This document shows positions 18,465 to 29,034 of a DNA stretch of 64,000 nucleotides, piece after piece. The translations under genes and the position numbers were made by a program. The notes below the pieces were generated by a model. It searched no databases. It saw only the letters and a program-made list of their open reading frames with translations, and was not told the DNA's origin. Numbering within the stretch: position 1 is the first letter of the stretch; every line of letters begins with the position of its first letter. Source of the stretch: Candidatus Obscuribacterales bacterium (GTDB lineage: Bacteria; Cyanobacteriota; Vampirovibrionia; Obscuribacterales; Obscuribacteraceae); contig CBDDIJ010000003.1 of the NCBI GenBank assembly GCA_965228855.1, positions 3,648,001-3,712,000 of the forward strand. The letters are read 5' to 3'.

Positions 18465-20450
18465 CTAGTGTGGAGAGACCCACATAAGAAGATCGTCTTC
18501 GTAGGAAGGAAATGACAGCGTTGTTCTATACCTGTTAACGATAGCGACGTCAGGTAATTCCGATTGAAGCTTATAAACCTCATTGGCACCTATGTTTTTG
18601 CAGTCTCTCACATCCAACAATCGAAGCTTTTTGCACCGTCTCAACTTCGTCAATCCGGAAAGAGTGACATCCGTTTCCCTGACGCTCAGAGCTTCCAGAG
18701 ATGGTAGAGCGATATCGTCTATATTCGCATCAGTCAGGCTGGTTCTACCAACATCGAGCGCGGTCAACTTTTTCAGCTTGCGCAAGAAGTGAAACCCGCT
18801 GGTATCAACTGCGGTGCCGCTTATACACAGAATTTCCAGATTGCGCAATGCCGCAAGTTGTTCAAGCGCAGTTGAATCGTACTGTTTCATGTCCTTTAGA
18901 GATAATTTTCGCAGACCTCTAAATCGCGCGACCGTCCTCACTGAATCACTGGTCAGCTGAGAACACTCACTCAAGTAAAAGGTATGCAAGTTAAGCGCCG
19001 CTGGAAGCGGCAATAGAGAGGCATCAGTTAAAAAAGGCGCTCTAATCAATCGAAGAATGACAATCGTTTTGAACTTGGCAATTTCTTCAATGCCGGCGGC
19101 ATCAACGGCACAATCGACAAACGCAAGCGAACCGATTCTGTTTTTCGCAAGATACTTGAGACCGGTTCCATTCACATCACTTTCGTGAATCCAGAGCCTG
19201 TCTATATCTTTGCGTTCGGCAAGCTCCTTGAAGTCGGACTCTTCGATGGGCGGTTGGTTATAAACCCACTTACCTCCGTTGAAGAGGCGCTCAGCAAATT
19301 TATGCTCGAAGAGGTCGTTGACCAGCGAATCATGAATGGCCCTCTCCTTTTTCGCACTCACCTCTTTAGACAATTCAGGCGTGGAATCAATCTTGGCGGC
19401 ATCGTTGATGCTACGCACCGCCGCGTAACCCCCACCGTAGAGGATTAAAAGTATCAAGGCCGTCCATATAAGACCTCGACGTCCCCTGGGCGCGGGCGAT
19501 TCAGGAGTCGAAACCACGAGTTTTTCAAACAACTCGGTCTCTGCTTCTGCAGGAGATTCGATCTTAATAGCCGAAAGAGCAGTGTAGAGCTCATGCATGG
19601 ACTGATATCGGTCATCCGGATTCTTGTTCAGACATTTTGCAATTATCCGCTCCAAGTCTGCGTTCACTGCACCCGCTGGCAGACGCTCACTGAGCGTGGG
19701 AGGCGGCGTTTCACGATGGTCAATGATTATTTCCAGAATTGACTTACGATTGAAAGGAGGCGCCGCGGTCAAGCAATACATCATCAAACAACCGAGCGAA
19801 TAAATATCCGACCGCTCTCCCACCAGCCGTGAGTCGCTCGCCTCTGGTGCCATATATAGTGGCGAACCGCTGAACGTGTTGCTCGTCGTATCGTCAATAC
19901 TATCGGTCGCGATCGCAAGCCCGAAATCTACTATTTTCGCTAACGGAGGAGCTGGAGGCATCTCAATCAATATGATGTTGCTCGGCTTCAGGTCGCGATG
20001 CAATAAACCGATGCCGTGGGCATGCTCCATACCCGCCACGATCTGCATAAAAATTGGCAACGCCTGTTTTGGCGAAAGTTTTCCGCGCGCCAACACCAGC
20101 TTTTCAAGACTGATGCCGTCGAGAAATTCCATGACGATATAGAGTCCATTGTCCGGCAGCACACCGCAATCAAGTTCGCGAATCGCGTTGTCGTGCTTCA
20201 GTTTTGCTGCGGCTCGCGCCTCTTGCTGAAATCTGCGAACCAGTTCGGTCGAGCCTGCCGGGCGCAAAACCTTGATCGCCACCAGACGGTCGAGGTTACG
20301 GTCATATGCGCGATAAACCACGCCCATGCCCCCCTCACCAACTTTGAACAGTTCGTGATAGCGATCACCTAAATACTTGGAAAGTCGCAGCTGATCGTCA
20401 TTTTGGGATTGCATTGGCGCGCCGCTTCTCGAGGAATTCAGTGTCGGCAA
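18465..20450 (-). CDS. Hanks-type Ser/Thr kinase - TM helix - leucine-rich repeats
   Basis: GEGGMGVVY, VAIK, HRDLKPSN, DFG, YMAPE; TM LIWTALILLILYGGGY; LxxLxL repeats. Start may be ATG 20414. Confidence 0.92.
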   Translation of the reverse strand: MPTLNSSRSGAPMQSQNDDQLRLSKYLGDRYHELFKVGEGGMGVVYRAYDRNLDRLVAIKVLRPAGSTELVRRFQQEARAAAKLKHDNAIRELDCGVLPDNGLYIVMEFLDGISLEKLVLARGKLSPKQALPIFMQIVAGMEHAHGIGLLHRDLKPSNIILIEMPPAPPLAKIVDFGLAIATDSIDDTTSNTFSGSPLYMAPEASDSRLVGERSDIYSLGCLMMYCLTAAPPFNRKSILEIIIDHRETPPPTLSERLPAGAVNADLERIIAKCLNKNPDDRYQSMHELYTALSAIKIESPAEAETELFEKLVVSTPESPAPRGRRGLIWTALILLILYGGGYAAVRSINDAAKIDSTPELSKEVSAKKERAIHDSLVNDLFEHKFAERLFNGGKWVYNQPPIEESDFKELAERKDIDRLWIHESDVNGTGLKYLAKNRIGSLAFVDCAVDAAGIEEIAKFKTIVILRLIRAPFLTDASLLPLPAALNLHTFYLSECSQLTSDSVRTVARFRGLRKLSLKDMKQYDSTALEQLAALRNLEILCISGTAVDTSGFHFLRKLKKLTALDVGRTSLTDANIDDIALPSLEALSVRETDVTLSGLTKLRRCKKLRLLDVRDCKNIGANEVYKLQSELPDVAIVNRYRTTLSFPSYEDDLLMWVSPH

Positions 20451-20534
20451 GAAGCCGTCACAGTAATCTTTCCCAGACTGGCATCAGTCCACACAATCCT
20501 TTAGAATTTCTCTGCGGTCAATTGAGGAAGGCAC

Positions 20535-21740
20535 ATGCCAGGTAGAATCACCGACATAGAATCATATCTGACGGAAGCCGGGCTCAAGCCTCACCGCAAC
20601 ACAAATCAGTTCTGGTCATATCTGGACACGCGCTACTCGAAATCGCAAGTGAGTGAGTTGGAAAGCTCTTATGTGAAACTCGAGCAGGGCGATGAAAACG
20701 GCTTTTACCAGGACATTTTTCAAAGCCCCGCCATCAGCACCGATTTCTCATCGCTGCGCTGGGACCTGTATCGCAGCTATTTGAGCTGGTTTACTTCCAT
20801 CACGAACACATTTGACGAACCCAAACAGATTGTGGACGTCGGTTGTGGAAATGGGGTCCTCACCTGCTTCTATGCAAAGCGGTTTCCAAACGCAAAGGTA
20901 CTCGGGTTTGATATAGCGGAAAATGGAGTTGCTTGCGCAAAGGAACTGGCGAAACTACTGGGAGTAACCAACGCCGAATTCGTCGTTGGTGATTCGTTCG
21001 ACCTCACTCTTCCGATTGAAAAGGGAAGCGCTGATCTGATTTTAAGCGTTGCCTCCCTCGGTCCCTCCGGCTCGGAAGCGGACTCTGACGTTTCTGCATA
21101 TGACCTGTTAACGACCAAACCGAAACTGAAGGAGATGATTCAGCTTACCAACCTGGTACCGTATTTGGAACCAACAAGGGGACTGTTTATTTCGTTCGAC
21201 AAGGTCTCGAATCTGGCAATGCAAGTCACCTGGGCGAACATTATCCAGCGCTGCGGGCTCGGCGTGGATCTGAATCGTTCTTCATGGATCACCTATCAGA
21301 ACATCGAATCCGATTCGATTACACTGCCGGTAATCGTTGCTGGACCTCACCTTAAAGCGAGTTCGACTGACGACATCATGTCGTTCCTGGTGACGCACGA
21401 AACCGACTTTAGTAACTGGATGCTGGATTTTGGCAAAGAGTCGTTGGCGGAAGCGGTTTTCACATTCATAAATCCAAGGGAGTTTTTGCGAGGCGCGCGA
21501 GCATCATACAAGGACGGCTCGGGAACATACTGGTACGAACTCTGGCAAGCTGGACCGTTCGCGGTGGTCTTCGAACATACCGATAAAGGCTTCAGGACGT
21601 TGCGAGTGGCCCCGTCGACGAAACGCGACGAATTGCAGCAAGGCGTGGACGAATGGATGGAACAAACCTCTTCGTATGCCGATGTGGTTGAGCTGAAAGC
21701 GCCAGAGATTCAATTTGGAAAGGGCAACTCCAGGGGATAG
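20535..21740 (+). CDS. Class I SAM-dependent methyltransferase with an uncharacterised C-terminal domain
   Basis: Motif I IVDVGCGNG, VLGFD, ADLILS; GAGGA RBS. Confidence 0.8.
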   Translation: MPGRITDIESYLTEAGLKPHRNTNQFWSYLDTRYSKSQVSELESSYVKLEQGDENGFYQDIFQSPAISTDFSSLRWDLYRSYLSWFTSITNTFDEPKQIVDVGCGNGVLTCFYAKRFPNAKVLGFDIAENGVACAKELAKLLGVTNAEFVVGDSFDLTLPIEKGSADLILSVASLGPSGSEADSDVSAYDLLTTKPKLKEMIQLTNLVPYLEPTRGLFISFDKVSNLAMQVTWANIIQRCGLGVDLNRSSWITYQNIESDSITLPVIVAGPHLKASSTDDIMSFLVTHETDFSNWMLDFGKESLAEAVFTFINPREFLRGARASYKDGSGTYWYELWQAGPFAVVFEHTDKGFRTLRVAPSTKRDELQQGVDEWMEQTSSYADVVELKAPEIQFGKGNSRG

Positions 21741-21943
21741 CAGAGCACGGCAAGCGCAAATAAACCACAGTTAATTTCCCTCCGCCTGGCGTAAAAACTT
21801 TTCCGCAACATCTTCCTTTCACAGGACTCCACTTTTGGCTCACAGACCCCAACTTACAGTCTTGACTACGTTGAAAAAAACTTAGCCAATCGGCGACCAG
21901 AAATTTGGTAAGGTAGCCGCAAGAATCACCTATTAAAAAGTAA

Positions 21944-23107
21944 GTGGAGAGACCCTTGTTGACGACGCCAGACTTAGCACCAGCTCACGCCGTTTCAGAA
22001 AATACTGAAGCGCAGAGTCAGTCGGATTCTCCTGCCAACCTACCTCAGGGAACAGGAGTTGGAAGTATTTTTTGCGACCACATGTGGTATTTCGCGGCAG
22101 CCGGAGACAAGCTCAAGCGGGGCTCCATGGTCGGTAAAACTATGCTCGGCAAAATGGTTTTGGTCGGTCGTCGCAATGACGGTCAAGTCTTTGCGATGGA
22201 AGATATTTGCCCCCACCAGGCAGTTCCACTTTCGGCAGGTCGGTTCGATGGAAATGAGGTGGAATGTCCTTTCCACGGTTGGCGTTTCAACTCGGAAGGT
22301 TCGTGTACGGCTATTCCATCGCTGGTGAGCGGTCAGTGCATGAAGGTCTGCGGGATAAAAACCAAGACATATCCCTGTCGCGAAGTCCAGGGGAACGTCT
22401 GGGTTTACTTCGGAAATCAACCCGAGAGTCCACCGGATGTACCGCGCGCGTATGATATCGAAGATCTCAGTCGCTTTGAGAAAACCACCACCACGCTAGT
22501 CCTGCCTAACCACATCGACTATAACGCGGTCGCGCTGATCGACACAGCTCATGTGCCATTTGTGCATAAATCCTGGTGGTGGCGCAGTAGCAAGAATATG
22601 CGAGAGAAACTCAAACACTATGTGCCGGACCAGACGGGCTGGACAATCGTGAAGCATAAACCGTCGAAACACTCAATGGTATACAAAGCGATCGGAGACA
22701 TGCTAGAGGACGAAATCGGATTTCGACTTCCTGCTTGTCGCATTGAGCGAATTGTGTACGGCGGTCGAACGATGATTTCAGGGATGACCTGCCTGACACC
22801 GATTGATGACAAAACCACGGAGCTGAATCACACCACATACTGGATCAAAACCGTTCCCGGTATCGCACCGCTGGTGATACCAATTGTTCAGTATTTCGTT
22901 AGAACATTCTTGAGCCAGGATAAAGACATGGCTGATATGCAACAGAAGTGCCTGGCCCATAATCCCAAGCTGGTGATGACGATTCGAGATGCTGGAACTC
23001 CCGGGCGCTGGTATTTTGAATTGAAAAAGGCGTGGAACGAAGCAGCACGAACCGGGCGACCGTTTGTTAATCCGGTGAAGGACTCATTCCTGAAATGGAT
23101 GAGCTAG
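21944..23107 (+). CDS. Rieske [2Fe-2S] non-heme iron oxygenase (VanA/KshA-like alpha subunit)
   Basis: CPH...CPFHGW Rieske motif; DTAHVPFVH mononuclear iron motif; QD near the C-terminus. Confidence 0.9.
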   Translation: MERPLLTTPDLAPAHAVSENTEAQSQSDSPANLPQGTGVGSIFCDHMWYFAAAGDKLKRGSMVGKTMLGKMVLVGRRNDGQVFAMEDICPHQAVPLSAGRFDGNEVECPFHGWRFNSEGSCTAIPSLVSGQCMKVCGIKTKTYPCREVQGNVWVYFGNQPESPPDVPRAYDIEDLSRFEKTTTTLVLPNHIDYNAVALIDTAHVPFVHKSWWWRSSKNMREKLKHYVPDQTGWTIVKHKPSKHSMVYKAIGDMLEDEIGFRLPACRIERIVYGGRTMISGMTCLTPIDDKTTELNHTTYWIKTVPGIAPLVIPIVQYFVRTFLSQDKDMADMQQKCLAHNPKLVMTIRDAGTPGRWYFELKKAWNEAARTGRPFVNPVKDSFLKWMS

Positions 23108-23177
23108 CTTAATTTATATAGGTTTCGATAGCCTCGCCCTGAGGGTAGATTGAGTTACACGAACTCGCACGGGCAGG

Positions 23178-25355
23178 ATGGAGAGCAAAGCCAACAAACT
23201 AACGATACCGGAGGAACTGCAGAGGCGGTACTCGGATTTTCGTGTGCTTGGCTCGGGTGCGATGGGTGCGGTTTTTCAGGCGCACGACGCCAATCTTGAT
23301 AAAGATGTTGCTATCAAGTTGTTGAAACAGCGACAGATTGAACCGGAAGTTGCCATACGCTTTCAGCAGGAAGCGAAGGTGGCGAGCAAGCTCAAGCATC
23401 CTAATCTGGTCACTCTTATGGACTTCGGAATTTCCGAAAAGGGTGAGCCGTATATCATCATGGAAAACTGCGAGGGCAAAAGCCTCTCGTGGTATATCGA
23501 CAAACGCGGCGCCATGAGTTTGCCCGCGGCAGTCAACATCATGGCGCAGATTTGCGATGGAATGGAGCACGCTCACAACAATGGCGTCATACACCGCGAT
23601 TTGAAGCCGAGCAATGTCATCGTTTGCGATGAAGACCTCGTCAATGCAAAAATCAAAGTTCTAGACTTTGGCATCGCTAAACTTGACGATACCAATGGCA
23701 GTGTCACGAGAACAGGGACGATACTCGGCACGCCGTATTACATGAGCCCAGAACAATTCTCCGGAGACAGCGTCGACCGCAGAACCGATATTTATGCAGC
23801 TGGGTGCATGTTGTTTCGGATGTTGACTAATTGCCTGCCATTCGAAGGCGATACGATGCTTCAGATACTGCAGGAAAAGCGCGAGACTATAGCACCGCGC
23901 ATGGCAGATGTGAGCGGTGACGTCGAGATCCCCGAGCATGTCGAGGACGTGGTAGCGAAATGCCTTGAAATCGACCCGGACGATCGCTATTCGAGTATGA
24001 GCGAATTCAGAGATGCACTCTTTTTAGCTCTCGAAAAGAGCAACGTTCAAATTCCTGTTAGTCAAACCGGACCGCGCGAAGTTGTCACAAAGCGGAAACG
24101 CCCCTCGAAGAGCTCTCTCGTCTTAACCGCTTGTTTAGCGGTCGGGGTTGGTATAGTCGGTTTCCTCTCCTACCAGGAGTGGAGCAAAGTCAATGTGAAG
24201 GGAAGCAAAAAAACAAAAATCACTCGCACTCATTTGATGGACGGTGTGATAAACGCGAGAAACAAAAGAGGCCGAGACGCCTCCGGTGCTTTCATGATAG
24301 ATCGCAACTCGATGAAGGCAATTGCCGTTAGCGCAGTATATGACCAGGACCTCGAGGATTTGTTAGATAGGGAGCGGGGAAATCTCAGAGCACTGCAGAT
24401 AGGCAGCTACGAAGACCTTCAGACAACACGAGAAGATTCCATTACTGCTGCCGGCTGGGAATCGATCGGCAAAATGCAACTGCAAGACATCTCGGTACCA
24501 TATGCGATACTAAATGACGATGACGTCAAGAATTTTGAGAAGTGCAACAACCTTAAAGCGCTGGACCTCAGCAAAGCATCCATTACCGATAAAACCATGC
24601 GCGTGATAAGCAGGATACCGACTCTCGATTCCGTATGGCTGCGAAGTACTCCCATCACGACTGAAGGAGTGGCGATGCTCGCGCCGCTCAAGAATCTGAA
24701 AGTACTGTCCCTTACTAAAACGAAAATTGACGATAACGCTTTGAAAGTTATAGGAGAAAATTTCCGTAAACTAGAGAAATTAGATCTGTCGAGTTGCACG
24801 GGCATTACCGACGATGGTTTGAAACACCTGGCAAAACTGCCGCATTTGAACTATCTCGTCTTGATGCACACATCTGTAGGCATCAATGGTTTGAAGGCGC
24901 TGAAGGGAACCGAGCTCGAGGATCTATTTCTGGAAGGTGATGACTCCATCGATGATGACTGTTTAAAGGTCATCGCCGAGCAATGGCCGGATTTGGAGCT
25001 GTTGAACGTCGGTGAGACCAGCGTCACAGCAGCAGGACTGAGTAAGCACCTGGGAACGTTTACAAACCTGATAAGCCTGACTCTCAATGCAATTGATTTT
25101 AAAGATAGCGACATTGAGGCGGTTTCTAAAATGAAGAATTTAGAATCCATTCACTTAATGACGACAAACATCACGGATAAAACGCTTGAACGGCTGAACG
25201 AGCTTCCCCGCTTACGATTAATAGAGGCGCATCAATGCCCTGGTTTAACCAAAGCCGGTATTCAGAAGTTGACGGCGAGGAAAGTAAAGGTTGATTCGGT
25301 CAACGAAGGCAAGGATACGGCGAACGCGCTCTCCGAGTTTTTGTTGAAAGACTAA
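23178..25355 (+). CDS. Hanks-type Ser/Thr kinase - TM helix - leucine-rich repeats
   Basis: GSGAMGAVF, VAIK, HRDLKPSN, DFG, YMSPE; TM LVLTACLAVGVGIVGFL; repeats such as LKALDLSKASITD and LEKLDLSSCTGITDDGL. Confidence 0.93.
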   Translation: MESKANKLTIPEELQRRYSDFRVLGSGAMGAVFQAHDANLDKDVAIKLLKQRQIEPEVAIRFQQEAKVASKLKHPNLVTLMDFGISEKGEPYIIMENCEGKSLSWYIDKRGAMSLPAAVNIMAQICDGMEHAHNNGVIHRDLKPSNVIVCDEDLVNAKIKVLDFGIAKLDDTNGSVTRTGTILGTPYYMSPEQFSGDSVDRRTDIYAAGCMLFRMLTNCLPFEGDTMLQILQEKRETIAPRMADVSGDVEIPEHVEDVVAKCLEIDPDDRYSSMSEFRDALFLALEKSNVQIPVSQTGPREVVTKRKRPSKSSLVLTACLAVGVGIVGFLSYQEWSKVNVKGSKKTKITRTHLMDGVINARNKRGRDASGAFMIDRNSMKAIAVSAVYDQDLEDLLDRERGNLRALQIGSYEDLQTTREDSITAAGWESIGKMQLQDISVPYAILNDDDVKNFEKCNNLKALDLSKASITDKTMRVISRIPTLDSVWLRSTPITTEGVAMLAPLKNLKVLSLTKTKIDDNALKVIGENFRKLEKLDLSSCTGITDDGLKHLAKLPHLNYLVLMHTSVGINGLKALKGTELEDLFLEGDDSIDDDCLKVIAEQWPDLELLNVGETSVTAAGLSKHLGTFTNLISLTLNAIDFKDSDIEAVSKMKNLESIHLMTTNITDKTLERLNELPRLRLIEAHQCPGLTKAGIQKLTARKVKVDSVNEGKDTANALSEFLLKD

Positions 25356-25367
25356 CAAGTCTTATAC

Positions 25368-26741
25368 CTACACGATCAAAGATTTGATAAATAGCGGATC
25401 TCCAGCTTTGTCGGTCAACCGACCGTCGCGCATCAATCCGACGTCGACCATCCACGTCTCGAATTCGGGGGCTGGTTTCAACCGCAGCAACTGCCGCAGA
25501 GCAGCTATGTCGTGAAAGCTTGTCGTCTGGTACGACAACATCACATCATCTCCCATCGGCACGCCCATAAAATAGTTGACACCACCTGCGGTGAGCAAGA
25601 TCGCCAGGTTCTCCAGGTCATTCTGATCAGCGTCCATGTGGTTCGTGTAGCACGCGTCTATTCCCATCGGCACTCCAAGCAGCTTACCCATGAAGTGATC
25701 TTCCAGACCGGCTCGAATCATTTGTCGGCCGTCCGCAAGATATTCCGGTCCGATGAAGCCAACGACGTCGTTGACGAGGAAGGGATTGAAATGTCTTGCG
25801 AACGCATAGCAGCGTGCTTCCAATGTCAGCTGATCCGCTCCGTTATGAGAGCGCGAAGAAAGTTCCGACCCCTGACCGGTTTCGAAGTACATCACGGTCT
25901 TGCCTTTGTTCAAGCATTTCTTCTCACCCAGAGCCTTCGCTCTCGCGAGAGTTTCCAAATCGATACCGAATGCGGTATTGCCTTTTTGGCAGCCCGCGAT
26001 ACTCTGAAAAATCAATCCGGCTGGAGCGCCCATCTCGACAGCTTTTACTTGAGTCGTAACGTGGCTTAAAATGCAGTTCTGCGCAGGCAGGCCCAGTGAG
26101 TCGATTACTTTGTTAGTCGCCTCCAGCAGACGAGCGACAATGTCCGGCGTGTCGTAAGCAGGGTTGATACCAATGACCGCGTCACCGACGCCAAACGACA
26201 ACCCCTCGTACAAAGAAGCTAATATTCCGTCGACCGCGTCAGCCGGATGATTAGGCTGCAAACGAGCACCAAGCACGCTCTCGAGCCCCAGAGTGGTGTT
26301 AGCCGTCGCAACCACTCGCATTTTTTTCGAAGCAGAAACAAGGTCCAGATTCGACATAAGTTTGCAAACCGCCGATGCCATTTCACCGGTCAAACCTAAA
26401 CGAATGCCTGCAACACCGGCTCCATCAGGCGAGTCGGCAAGAATAAAATCTCGCAACTCGGCAACAGTCCAGCTCCGAATTTTTTCGAACTGCACCTCGT
26501 CTAGATTATCGTCGATGAACTTCGTGACTTCATCTTCGTCATGAGGCACGACCGGCTCACTTCGAAGCGCTTCCATTGTTATCTCGGCAAGCACTTCCTT
26601 CGCCGCTACTCGCTCACGATCAGAAGCCGCAGCAATACCTGCAAGCGCATCACCGGACTTCTCCTCATTGGCACGCGCCAAAACATCTTTGATGTCTCTG
26701 AAATCATACTTGTGGCCAGCGACAGTCTTGGCGTACGACAT
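25368..26741 (-). CDS. eutB: Ethanolamine ammonia-lyase large subunit
   Basis: Motifs KSGDALAGIAA, KLMSNLDL, RLQPNHP, GDAVIGINPA, MYFETGQGS, GFIGPEYL, EDHFMGKL, CYTNH. Confidence 0.97.
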   Translation of the reverse strand: MSYAKTVAGHKYDFRDIKDVLARANEEKSGDALAGIAAASDRERVAAKEVLAEITMEALRSEPVVPHDEDEVTKFIDDNLDEVQFEKIRSWTVAELRDFILADSPDGAGVAGIRLGLTGEMASAVCKLMSNLDLVSASKKMRVVATANTTLGLESVLGARLQPNHPADAVDGILASLYEGLSFGVGDAVIGINPAYDTPDIVARLLEATNKVIDSLGLPAQNCILSHVTTQVKAVEMGAPAGLIFQSIAGCQKGNTAFGIDLETLARAKALGEKKCLNKGKTVMYFETGQGSELSSRSHNGADQLTLEARCYAFARHFNPFLVNDVVGFIGPEYLADGRQMIRAGLEDHFMGKLLGVPMGIDACYTNHMDADQNDLENLAILLTAGGVNYFMGVPMGDDVMLSYQTTSFHDIAALRQLLRLKPAPEFETWMVDVGLMRDGRLTDKAGDPLFIKSLIV

Positions 26742-26845
26742 TCCACGGTCCTTCGCGCGGGGCGATCAAAAACGCGTTCTATAGTGTACCCTATGGTCTG
26801 TTGATTTCGAAGTACAAGTCTTTCCATCTCGGAAAACATACGAAG

Positions 26846-27583
26846 ATGACGCGAAGCAACGAAAAAGCGGAATTAGAATTGGCTGCGATGAAACAGTCTA
26901 CGCCTGCTCGAATTGCCGTTGGACGAGCAGGCGAGCGTCCGAAAACAACAACTTGGATAAGTTTCCGGCACGACCACGCGACGGCAAGGGATGCTGTACA
27001 TAGCGAGTTGAGCGACTCCTTCATTGAAAACTTCGCCCATGCAAACTCTTTTCCTGTAATTCAATCGCTGGTCGGAAGTAGACACGAATTTGTTCTCAAT
27101 CCCCCGATGGGAAAGAAAACTGACGAGCAAACGCTGGCGACTCTTTGCTCATCATGCCCATCTGACAACGACGTTCAAATCGTAATTTGCGATGGACTGT
27201 CGGCAATGGCAGTCGAGACCAACATAAAAGACCTGTTACCGATGATCGAAGATGGTTTGAAGATAGAAGGTATAACAGTCGGAACACCAATTATCGTTAG
27301 ATACGGTCGCGTCGCGATCGCGGATCAAATAAGCCACGCTCTGGGCGCGAAGCTCGCGATTAATCTGATTGGAGAAAGACCCGGTCTGTCTTCAGGCGCT
27401 GGGATGAGCGCATACCTCACTCTCAACCCAGGTCCGGAGACGATAAGCTCCGATCGGACCGTCGTTTCGAACATTCACAGTCGCGGCACGCCACCGGTTG
27501 AAGCCGGTGCCTATATCGTACATCTGGCAAAGACCATTCTTGAAAAGAAGGTATCCGGTGTCCAACTCCAGAAGCTGCTCTGA
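26846..27583 (+). CDS. eutC: Ethanolamine ammonia-lyase small subunit
   Basis: Motifs TPARIAVGRAG, HATARDAV, DVQIVICDGLSA, GRVAIAD, LIGERPGL, VVSNIH. ATG 26846 chosen as start. Confidence 0.95.
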   Translation: MTRSNEKAELELAAMKQSTPARIAVGRAGERPKTTTWISFRHDHATARDAVHSELSDSFIENFAHANSFPVIQSLVGSRHEFVLNPPMGKKTDEQTLATLCSSCPSDNDVQIVICDGLSAMAVETNIKDLLPMIEDGLKIEGITVGTPIIVRYGRVAIADQISHALGAKLAINLIGERPGLSSGAGMSAYLTLNPGPETISSDRTVVSNIHSRGTPPVEAGAYIVHLAKTILEKKVSGVQLQKLL

Positions 27584-29024
27584 TTCACAGCATTCTCTCA
27601 ACAGCCTTACGAGCGTCGGCATCGACATTGGCACAACATCGACGCATCTCGTTTTCAGCAAACTCCTATTAGCGAATGAGGCGGGCACCACACAAATTCC
27701 GCGCCTTACCATTCGAGAACGAAAAGTACTCTACGAAAGCCCGATCTTCTTAACGCCTTTACGGGAAGATGGCACCATCGACGGTGCCGGAGTTGCCGAG
27801 CTGCTTCGAGAAGAGTACAGAAAGTCAGGCTTCAGCCCGGAAGATATCAATTGCGGTGCGGTCATCGTTACGGGCGAAACAGCACTGCTGCGAAACGCGG
27901 AACAGGTGCTACACGAAATCTCTTCCCTGGCAGGCGATTTCGTCGCTGCCAGCGCCGGTCCGAACTTGGAAAGCGCGCTTGCCGGACGAGGCTCGGGGGC
28001 GATGCAACACTCGCTGAAAAATCGAAACACAATTTGCAACATCGACGTCGGAGGTGGCACGACAAACATAGCTATTTTTCACAACGGAGTATTACTGGAA
28101 ACAGCCTGTTTGCGCATAGGCGGGCGCTGTTTCCGATTCAACAGACAGGGCTTGAGTACAGGCGTTTCCCAGAGCGGACGAGAGCTGATTGAAAGTTTGT
28201 CGGTAAACGATGATTTTGAAAAACTTGGTCTGTTTGCGGCAAAGCTCATAATTGACTTTGTAACGAGCAAAACCTCTCTAAGTGAAGATGGTAATGGAAG
28301 CCACATCGGAAAATTTCTGATGACCCCACCGTTAAGATTCTTGAGAGAAGCTGATGAATACTGGCTCAGCGGCGGCGTAGCGGAGCTCGTCTCCTCGGAG
28401 AAGCTGGATCCGTATGTTTTCGAGGACTTTGGTTGGTTCCTCGCTCAGGGTTTAAAACAAATTCTCGACGCGAGAAAAGTAAACTATCGAGTCGCGGCAA
28501 ATCCGGTTCGTGCCACCGTACTTGGTGCAGGGAGTTACTCGGTTCAACTGTCAGGTAACACCGTCTGTATTAACACAGACAGACTGCCACTCAAAGGAAT
28601 TCCGATAACGCGGCCTTTTCAATCCATGCCGGCAAGCGATCTCAAGAACAGTGAAGCGGTTTCCGCTGCCATAAAAGCGGCAAGCTCAATCATGGAGTCG
28701 AGCGCGAGTGGCAAACCGGCTGCAATTGTTTTAGAACTTAAAGGCACTCCAGACTATGCCGCACTGAAAGCTTTAGCAGACGCACTGGCCGCTGCACTGG
28801 TTTCTACTCAGCTAGCAACTCCATATGTGTTAATCGTCGAAAGCGACACGGCGATGGCGCTTGGTCAACTTCTCAAAGGTCGGCTACCTCACCGGGACTT
28901 CGTAGTGCTTGATGGAATCGACTTCACGAGTGGAGACTATCTGGACATCGGAAAACCGCTTGCGGCTAGCACATCCATTCCTGTCACGGTCAAGAGCTTG
29001 ATTTTCGCCAACGAGCAGTTCTAG
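27558..29024 (+). CDS. eutA: Ethanolamine ammonia-lyase reactivating factor
   Basis: Motifs SVGIDIGTTSTHLVFS, GAVIVTGETA, AGDFVAASAGPNLES.LAGRGSGA, NIDVGGGTTN, GDYLDIGKP. GTG 27558 follows GAAGGT. Confidence 0.92.
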   Translation: MSNSRSCSDSQHSLNSLTSVGIDIGTTSTHLVFSKLLLANEAGTTQIPRLTIRERKVLYESPIFLTPLREDGTIDGAGVAELLREEYRKSGFSPEDINCGAVIVTGETALLRNAEQVLHEISSLAGDFVAASAGPNLESALAGRGSGAMQHSLKNRNTICNIDVGGGTTNIAIFHNGVLLETACLRIGGRCFRFNRQGLSTGVSQSGRELIESLSVNDDFEKLGLFAAKLIIDFVTSKTSLSEDGNGSHIGKFLMTPPLRFLREADEYWLSGGVAELVSSEKLDPYVFEDFGWFLAQGLKQILDARKVNYRVAANPVRATVLGAGSYSVQLSGNTVCINTDRLPLKGIPITRPFQSMPASDLKNSEAVSAAIKAASSIMESSASGKPAAIVLELKGTPDYAALKALADALAAALVSTQLATPYVLIVESDTAMALGQLLKGRLPHRDFVVLDGIDFTSGDYLDIGKPLAASTSIPVTVKSLIFANEQF

Positions 29025-29034
29025 CAATCTATAA

